A DNA stretch of 64,000 bases, taken from sequence record MH355584.1; one strand, written 5' to 3'. A program made the position numbers and the translations under genes. A model generated the notes under the pieces. The model was not told the origin of the DNA and searched no databases. It saw only the letters and a program-made list of their open reading frames with translations. The DNA is from Escherichia phage vB_EcoM_JB75. This document shows positions 58,375 through 64,000 of this stretch, piece by piece. Every line of letters starts with the position of its first letter. Position 1 is the first letter of the stretch.

Positions 58375-58404
58375 GTTTACTTTCCTTTCTAACGATGATA
58401 TGAT
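58375..58404 (+). promoter_or_regulatory. T4-type early promoter
   Basis: -35 GTTTAC, 18-bp spacer, -10 TATGAT. Confidence 0.6.
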
Positions 58405-58430
58405 AGCTTCTGAAGTATACGGAGGCTATC

Positions 58431-59054
58431 ATGATTATTAATCTTGCAGATGTTGAACAGTTATCTATAAAAGCTGAAAGCGTTGATTTTCAACATGATA
58501 TGTATAAAAAGGTCTGTGAAAAATTTACTGACTTTGAACAATCAGTTCTTTGGCAATGTATGGAAGCCAAAAAGAATGAAGCTCTTCATCGGCAGTTGAA
58601 TAAAATCATTAAAAAGCATTTAACTGAATCACCTTATCAGTTATATCGTGGTATATCAAAATCGACAAAAGAACTCATTAAAGATTTACAAGTTGGAGAA
58701 GTGTTTTCAACGAATAGGGTAGATTCATTTACTACTAGTTTGCACACAGCATGTGGTTTTTCTTATGTTGAGTATTTCACTGAAATAATATTTCGCTTAA
58801 AAACTGATAAAGCTTTTAATTATTCTGACCATATCAGCGATATTATACTTTCTTCTCCTAATACTGAGTTTAAGTACACGTATGAAGATACTGATGGGCT
58901 AGATTCAGAGCGTACTGATAACTTAATGATGATTGTGCGTGAACAAGAATGGATGATTCCAATTGGAAAGTATAGAATAACTTCTATTTCAAAAGAAAAA
59001 TTACACGATTCATTTGGAACATTTAAAGTTTATGATATTGAGGTAGTTGAATGA
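58431..59054 (+). CDS. modB: ADP-ribosyltransferase, ModB-like
   Basis: 207 aa; ART fold motifs (YRG, S-T-x, catalytic EQEWMIP); size matches T4 ModB. Confidence 0.75.
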   Translation: MIINLADVEQLSIKAESVDFQHDMYKKVCEKFTDFEQSVLWQCMEAKKNEALHRQLNKIIKKHLTESPYQLYRGISKSTKELIKDLQVGEVFSTNRVDSFTTSLHTACGFSYVEYFTEIIFRLKTDKAFNYSDHISDIILSSPNTEFKYTYEDTDGLDSERTDNLMMIVREQEWMIPIGKYRITSISKEKLHDSFGTFKVYDIEVVE

Positions 59055-59653
59055 AATACTCAGTAATGCAACTAAAAGATTTTAAAATAAAATCAATGGA
59101 TGCATCGGTGCGTGCTTCTATTCGTGAAGAATTACTTTCTGAAGGGTTTAATTTATCTGAAATTGAACTTTTAATTCATTGTATTACTAATAAACCAGAT
59201 GACCATACTTGGTTAAATGAAATAATCAAATCTCGTTTGGAACCAAACGATAAACCTCTTTGGAGAGGTGTTCCAGCTGAGACTAAGCAAGTATTAAATC
59301 AAGGAATTGATATTATTACATTTGATAAAGTCGTATCAGCTTCATATGATAAAAATATAGCTCTACATTTTGCTTCCGGTTTAGAGTATAACACACAAGT
59401 TATTTTTGAATTCAAAGCTCCTATGGTATTCAATTTCCAGGAGTATGCTATAAAAGCTCTACGTTGTAAAGAATACAATCCAAACTTTAAGTTTCCGGAT
59501 AGCCATCGTTATCGTAATATGGAATTAGTTTCAGATGAACAAGAAGTAATGATACCAGCTGGAAGTGTATTTAGAATTGCAGATAGATATGAGTACAAAA
59601 AGTATTCAACATACACTATCTATACTCTTGATTTTGAAGGATTTAATCTATAA
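59051..59653 (+). CDS. modA: ADP-ribosyltransferase, ModA-like
   Basis: 200 aa; paralog of previous (WRG, S-x-S, EQEVMIP). Confidence 0.75.
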   Translation: MKYSVMQLKDFKIKSMDASVRASIREELLSEGFNLSEIELLIHCITNKPDDHTWLNEIIKSRLEPNDKPLWRGVPAETKQVLNQGIDIITFDKVVSASYDKNIALHFASGLEYNTQVIFEFKAPMVFNFQEYAIKALRCKEYNPNFKFPDSHRYRNMELVSDEQEVMIPAGSVFRIADRYEYKKYSTYTIYTLDFEGFNL

Positions 59654-59709
59654 TGGAAGGACTTAGATTCATTATACCATGAAAGTTTTAAAGCATTTTT
59701 ACATAAAGT

Positions 59710-59739
59710 TGTTTACAAGTTAAGGTAAAAATGTTATAG
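59710..59739 (+). promoter_or_regulatory. T4-type early promoter
   Basis: -35 GTTTAC, 18-bp spacer, -10 TATAGT. Confidence 0.65.
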
Positions 59740-59776
59740 TATAAGTAGTTAACCGTCCGTAAGATGTGAGAAAAAT

Positions 59777-60523
59777 ATGAAGCTGTCTAATAACCAAATT
59801 CGTAAAATTAAACGTCGTCTAGAGCATACTCAGGCATCTGCAAAAAGACGTTCTAAAGATTTTAACTTAGACTTCAATTATATTAAGAATATTTTAGAAC
59901 AAAAAGTTTGTGCCTATTCAGGAGAACCTTTTGATAATCGTATTGAAGGAGAGAAATTATCATTAGAACGTTTTGATAATAACGTTGGATACATTAAAGG
60001 GAATGTTATTGCAGTAAAGAAAAAGTATAATACATTTCGTTCTGATTATACTTTAGAGGAGTTGATTGAAAAGCGTGATTTATTTGCTTTGCGAATTGGT
60101 CGTTCATCTGCGAAAAAAGTTCATAAACTAAATTTAGATGAAAAGAAATGGGCTAAAATCAAAAAGACTTATAATCAAATTAAAGCTATACAGAAAAAAC
60201 GTGAAAACCGAATTGAACACATTTCTCAGCTTTCTAAATCAAAACAGACCTCTGACATTAAGCTAAGGATTATAGCACTTAAAGCTCGTATTGATGGTTC
60301 TCACATAGCAGAAGGCGCTGAAGTTGTTAAATTGAACGTTCTTCTTAAAGGCTCGGATTGGAAAATTGTGAAAAAGTTGTCAGAGGCAGAAATGCAATAT
60401 GATATGTGTGATAAAATTATTCAAGGTGTAGAGCGGTATCAAAACTTGTCTTTTATTGATAAACTTAAACTGAAAAGAGGATATCCGCTAAATTGTTCAA
60501 TTTTTAAACTTATCCGAGGATAA
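59777..60523 (+). CDS. srd: Srd-like protein
   Basis: 248-aa basic protein at the T4 srd position between modA and dda. Confidence 0.5.
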   Translation: MKLSNNQIRKIKRRLEHTQASAKRRSKDFNLDFNYIKNILEQKVCAYSGEPFDNRIEGEKLSLERFDNNVGYIKGNVIAVKKKYNTFRSDYTLEELIEKRDLFALRIGRSSAKKVHKLNLDEKKWAKIKKTYNQIKAIQKKRENRIEHISQLSKSKQTSDIKLRIIALKARIDGSHIAEGAEVVKLNVLLKGSDWKIVKKLSEAEMQYDMCDKIIQGVERYQNLSFIDKLKLKRGYPLNCSIFKLIRG

Positions 60524-60524
60524 T

Positions 60525-60836
60525 ATGGTTTATGTATATGCGATAGTTTACCGAGACAAAGACGGATTTACGGCGCCAGTTCCGCTTGATGAACATCGTC
60601 CTGCTGTATTTTTTGAATGGAATATTGCTGATAAAGTATTTACTACTCTTAAAGAGCAGTATCGATTAGCTTTAGGTAAGGGAATTCCAAGATTAGTTGA
60701 GACTCCACGCAAGTTTTGGTTTAATAAAATAGAAGTTAAACATGTTAAGCCTGACGTAGACACACAAAGATTATATCAGCGAATTTTAGATACTGGGCGT
60801 ATTGTTAGTATACCAATTGCAGGGAATTTACGATGA
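60525..60836 (+). CDS. Hypothetical protein (103 aa)
   Basis: ATG 2 nt after upstream stop. Confidence 0.5.
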   Translation: MVYVYAIVYRDKDGFTAPVPLDEHRPAVFFEWNIADKVFTTLKEQYRLALGKGIPRLVETPRKFWFNKIEVKHVKPDVDTQRLYQRILDTGRIVSIPIAGNLR

Positions 60837-62152
60837 CATTTGATGATTTGACCGAAGGCCAGAAAAATGCCTTTAACATCGTTATGAGGGCTATTAAAGA
60901 AAAGAAACATCATGTAACTATTAATGGACCTGCTGGTACTGGTAAGACTACTCTTACTAAGTTCATCATTGAAGCTTTAATATCAACAGGCGAAACTGGT
61001 ATCATTTTGGCAGCTCCTACACATGCAGCTAAAAAGATTCTTTCAAAACTGTCGGGGAAAGAAGCGAGTACTATTCACAGTATTCTTAAAATTAACCCAG
61101 TTACGTATGAAGAAAACGTTCTTTTTGAACAGAAGGAAGTACCAGATTTAGCTAAATGCAGGGTATTAATCTGCGACGAAGTGTCAATGTATGATAGAAA
61201 GCTATTTAAAATTCTGCTTTCAACTATTCCACCTTGGTGTACTATAATTGGAATAGGTGATAATAAGCAAATTAGACCTGTTGATCCAGGAGAAAATACT
61301 GCTTATATCAGTCCATTCTTTACACACAAAGATTTTTATCAGTGTGAACTTACTGAAGTTAAACGCAGTAATGCTCCTATTATTGATGTAGCTACTGACG
61401 TTCGTAACGGTAAGTGGATTTATGATAAAGTTGTTGACGGGCATGGAGTACGTGGATTTACTGGTGATACCGCTTTACGCGATTTTATGGTAAATTATTT
61501 TTCAATCGTCAAATCTCTAGATGATTTGTTTGAAAATCGCGTAATGGCATTTACGAATAAATCTGTTGACAAGTTAAATAGCATTATTCGTAAAAAGATT
61601 TTTGAAACTGATAAAGATTTTATTGTCGGTGAAATTATTGTAATGCAGGAACCATTAATTAAAACATATAAAATTGATGGAAAGCCTGTGTCAGAAATTA
61701 TTTTTAATAACGGACAATTAGTTCGTATCATAGAAGCAGAGTATACATCAACGTTTGTTAAAGCTCGTGGTGTTTCTGGAGAATATTTAATTCGTCATTG
61801 GGATTTAACAGTAGAAACTTACGGCGATGATGAATATTATCGTGAAAAGATTAAAATAATTTCATCTGATGAAGAGCTATATAAGTTTAATTTATTTTTA
61901 GGTAAAACGGCAGAAACTTATAAAAATTGGAACAAAGGCGGAAAAGCTCCGTGGAGTGATTTTTGGGATGCTAAATCACAGTTCAGTAAAGTGAAAGCAC
62001 TTCCTGCATCAACATTCCATAAAGCGCAAGGTATGTCTGTAGACCGTGCTTTCATTTATACGCCTTGTATTCATTATGCAGATGCTGAATTAGCTCAACA
62101 ACTTCTTTATGTTGGTGTTACCCGTGGTCGTTATGATGTGTTTTATGTGTGA
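60833..62152 (+). CDS. dda: DNA helicase Dda (SF1B)
   Basis: 439 aa; Walker A GPAGTGKT; near-identical to recalled T4 Dda. Confidence 0.97.
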   Translation: MTFDDLTEGQKNAFNIVMRAIKEKKHHVTINGPAGTGKTTLTKFIIEALISTGETGIILAAPTHAAKKILSKLSGKEASTIHSILKINPVTYEENVLFEQKEVPDLAKCRVLICDEVSMYDRKLFKILLSTIPPWCTIIGIGDNKQIRPVDPGENTAYISPFFTHKDFYQCELTEVKRSNAPIIDVATDVRNGKWIYDKVVDGHGVRGFTGDTALRDFMVNYFSIVKSLDDLFENRVMAFTNKSVDKLNSIIRKKIFETDKDFIVGEIIVMQEPLIKTYKIDGKPVSEIIFNNGQLVRIIEAEYTSTFVKARGVSGEYLIRHWDLTVETYGDDEYYREKIKIISSDEELYKFNLFLGKTAETYKNWNKGGKAPWSDFWDAKSQFSKVKALPASTFHKAQGMSVDRAFIYTPCIHYADAELAQQLLYVGVTRGRYDVFYV

Positions 62153-62158
62153 GGATAT

Positions 62159-62419
62159 ATGATTAACATCAATTCAAAATATTTAAATCGTCTAATAGAT
62201 GGTATAAGGAAGCATACTAATAAGCAAGACAATCTTAATGTTATGGTAACAGGAGCTGAGCTCCTTCATAAGCTTTATCTTATAAGTGATACTATATTAG
62301 CAATTAAACGAATTGAAAAACAATCATATCACAGTAATACAGATACGGTAATTACACTAGATGAAAGTGTCTGTAAATTACTAATTAAATTTGAGGAAGC
62401 TATTCGTGGAAATAACTAA
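62159..62419 (+). CDS. Hypothetical protein (86 aa)
   Basis: ORF from track. Confidence 0.5.
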   Translation: MININSKYLNRLIDGIRKHTNKQDNLNVMVTGAELLHKLYLISDTILAIKRIEKQSYHSNTDTVITLDESVCKLLIKFEEAIRGNN

Positions 62420-62651
62420 AGATCAGTTTTATCTTCTTCAAGATAAAGTAAGCGAAATTTATGAAATAGCTTATAGCAAAAATCGTGAAACTGTAAAAAT
62501 TGAATCTGGTAAGTTAATGCTTCAATTGGAAGAAATTGAACGAGATTTGATTGCGTTAGAATTCTTTTGTGGTGAAGTTAAAACTGTTACAATCAGTGAT
62601 TATGTTTTAGGCGAAATTAGCTATCTTTATAAGGCGATTATTAATGATTGA
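62406..62651 (+). CDS. Hypothetical protein (81 aa)
   Basis: GTG start 6 nt after GAGGAAG; C-terminal half resembles next ORF. Confidence 0.45.
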   Translation: MEITKDQFYLLQDKVSEIYEIAYSKNRETVKIESGKLMLQLEEIERDLIALEFFCGEVKTVTISDYVLGEISYLYKAIIND

Positions 62652-62886
62652 ATTAAGTTGGTACCAGTTTAAATCTCTTATGACAAATGTTAAAGCTGTC
62701 ATTAAAGAAAATCCAGGTCCTAATAATGTTACTATTCGCGAAAAAGCTTCAAAGATAGTATACAGTCTTGAAGAGATACAAAAAGATATTGAATCTATGG
62801 CAAAATTTATTGATGAACCTATTAATAAAGTTTATATTCAAGATTATACTGTAGGCCAAATTCGCGATCTAGCGAGGAAAATTTAA
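62644..62886 (+). CDS. Hypothetical protein (80 aa)
   Basis: Shares ...TV(T)I.DYT.GEI... pattern with previous ORF. Confidence 0.5.
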   Translation: MIELSWYQFKSLMTNVKAVIKENPGPNNVTIREKASKIVYSLEEIQKDIESMAKFIDEPINKVYIQDYTVGQIRDLARKI

Positions 62887-63569
62887 TGTTTGATTTTATT
62901 ATAGATTTTGAAACAATGGGAAGCGGTGAAAAAGCAGCTGTTATTGATTTGGCTGTAATTGCTTTTGACCCTAATCCGGAAGTCGTTGAAACGTTTGATG
63001 AATTAGTTTCACGTGGCATTAAAATCAAATTTGATTTAAAAAGCCAAAAAGGACATCGTCTTTTTACTAAAAGCACTATTGAATGGTGGAAAAATCAATC
63101 ACCTGAAGCTAGAAAAAATATTGCACCATCAGATGAAGATGTAAGCACTATTGACGGTATTGCAAAATTTAATGATTACATCAATGCACATAATATCGAT
63201 CCTTGGAAATCTCAAGGCTGGTGCCGTGGAATGTCGTTTGATTTTCCAATTTTAGTCGATCTTATTCGTGATATTCAACGTTTTAATGGTGTTTCTGAGA
63301 ATGAGCTTGACACATTTAAGTTAGAACCATGTAAATTCTGGAATCAGCGTGATATTCGTACCAGAATTGAAGCACTTCTGCTTGTTCGTGATATGACCAC
63401 ATGCCCTCTTCCAAAGGGAACTTTAGATGGATTCGTTGCGCATGATTCTATTCATGACTGTGCGAAAGATATTCTGATGATGAAGTATGCTTTGCGATAT
63501 GCTATGGGTCTTGAAGATGCTCCATCAGAGGAAGATTGCGATCCTCTATCTCTTCCAACAAAACGATAA
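62886..63569 (+). CDS. dexA: Exonuclease A (DexA, DEDD 3'-5' exonuclease)
   Basis: 227 aa; near-identical to recalled T4 DexA; DFETMG motif. Confidence 0.95.
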   Translation: MFDFIIDFETMGSGEKAAVIDLAVIAFDPNPEVVETFDELVSRGIKIKFDLKSQKGHRLFTKSTIEWWKNQSPEARKNIAPSDEDVSTIDGIAKFNDYINAHNIDPWKSQGWCRGMSFDFPILVDLIRDIQRFNGVSENELDTFKLEPCKFWNQRDIRTRIEALLLVRDMTTCPLPKGTLDGFVAHDSIHDCAKDILMMKYALRYAMGLEDAPSEEDCDPLSLPTKR

Positions 63570-63575
63570 AAAGTT

Positions 63576-63605
63576 GTTTACTTCCTCGGTTAGTTGTGGT
63601 ATTAT
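63576..63605 (+). promoter_or_regulatory. T4-type early promoter
   Basis: -35 GTTTAC, 18-bp spacer ending TGTGG, -10 TATTAT. Confidence 0.65.
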
Positions 63606-63632
63606 AACACCATAGCTACTGAGGATAATAAA

Positions 63633-64000
63633 ATGAAAATTTATCGTGTTGAATCATCGTTTAGTATTCTTGATTATGAAGATGCTATAACAATACGTCG
63701 AAATCTTTGTGTTCAAATAACGCCGTACAGGAGTATAATAGATTCATGGAGCGAAGAGTGGCTATTACACGTAGGTTATGACAGACCTAATTTTATGCAT
63801 CATAGCGATAATAATAATAAAAGAATTCCTTTACCACACGAAGATAAACTATTAGTTAAAAACGCTAATATAGTAATTAATACTAAGTTCAAGAAAGATT
63901 ATGTTGGAGTAGAATATCATATTCCAGGATGGTTTATAGGTCTTTATCATTTTGCTTTCGCTAGTGAATATGATATGATGAGATGGTTCACACGAGAAGA
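63633..64000 (+). CDS. motB: MotB-position protein, 5' partial (runs off window end)
   Basis: ATG after RBS GAGGATAA; open frame to window end; T4 has motB after dexA. Confidence 0.55.
   Translation, partial: MKIYRVESSFSILDYEDAITIRRNLCVQITPYRSIIDSWSEEWLLHVGYDRPNFMHHSDNNNKRIPLPHEDKLLVKNANIVINTKFKKDYVGVEYHIPGWFIGLYHFAFASEYDMMRWFTRE

Overview
This 64-kb window is a segment of a T-even (T4-like, Tequatrovirus-type) myovirus genome. It is AT-rich and transcribed almost entirely on the + strand. Gene order is collinear with the phage T4 early/middle region: a 10-gene tRNA cluster (118-949), internal-protein (Ip) genes, nudE, lysozyme e, regB, vs, tk, rI, a long block of small or unknown ORFs, nrdC, pin, endonuclease VII (49), nrdD split by a group I intron carrying an I-TevII-like homing endonuclease, nrdG, sigma factor gp55, alpha-glucosyltransferase, gp47/gp46, rpbA, the replication core (45, 44, 62, regA, 43), imm, dCMP hydroxymethylase (42), a second glycosyltransferase, uvsX, 40, 41, the dmd/sp block, primase 61, dam, 56, soc, modB/modA, srd, dda, dexA and the start of motB. 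Eighteen early promoters share an invariant GTTTAC / 18-bp spacer / -10 architecture; four late TATAAATA promoters and many UUCG-tetraloop hairpin terminators punctuate the map. The best candidate for an undescribed system lies between primase 61 and dam: a divergently oriented small membrane-protein gene (the only convincing minus-strand gene) plus an early-promoter-driven ORF with a PD-(D/E)xK nuclease signature whose stop codon overlaps the dam start codon. Other plastic features: an Ip gene bracketed by perfect 34-bp terminator repeats; a duplicated ~100-bp promoter/5'UTR cassette in front of unrelated ORFs, one beside a lipoprotein gene upstream of imm; a gene whose C-terminal half is host GrcA-like with host-like codon usage; tandem paralog families and a nucleotidyltransferase-fold / AAA+ block between rI and nrdC; and repeat-mediated remodelling at the 3' end of pin. 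All functional calls rest on motif recognition, gene order and recalled similarity to T4 proteins; no database search or alignment was run, and hand-indexed coordinates (tRNAs, promoters, terminators, sub-60-aa ORFs) may be off by 1-2 nt.
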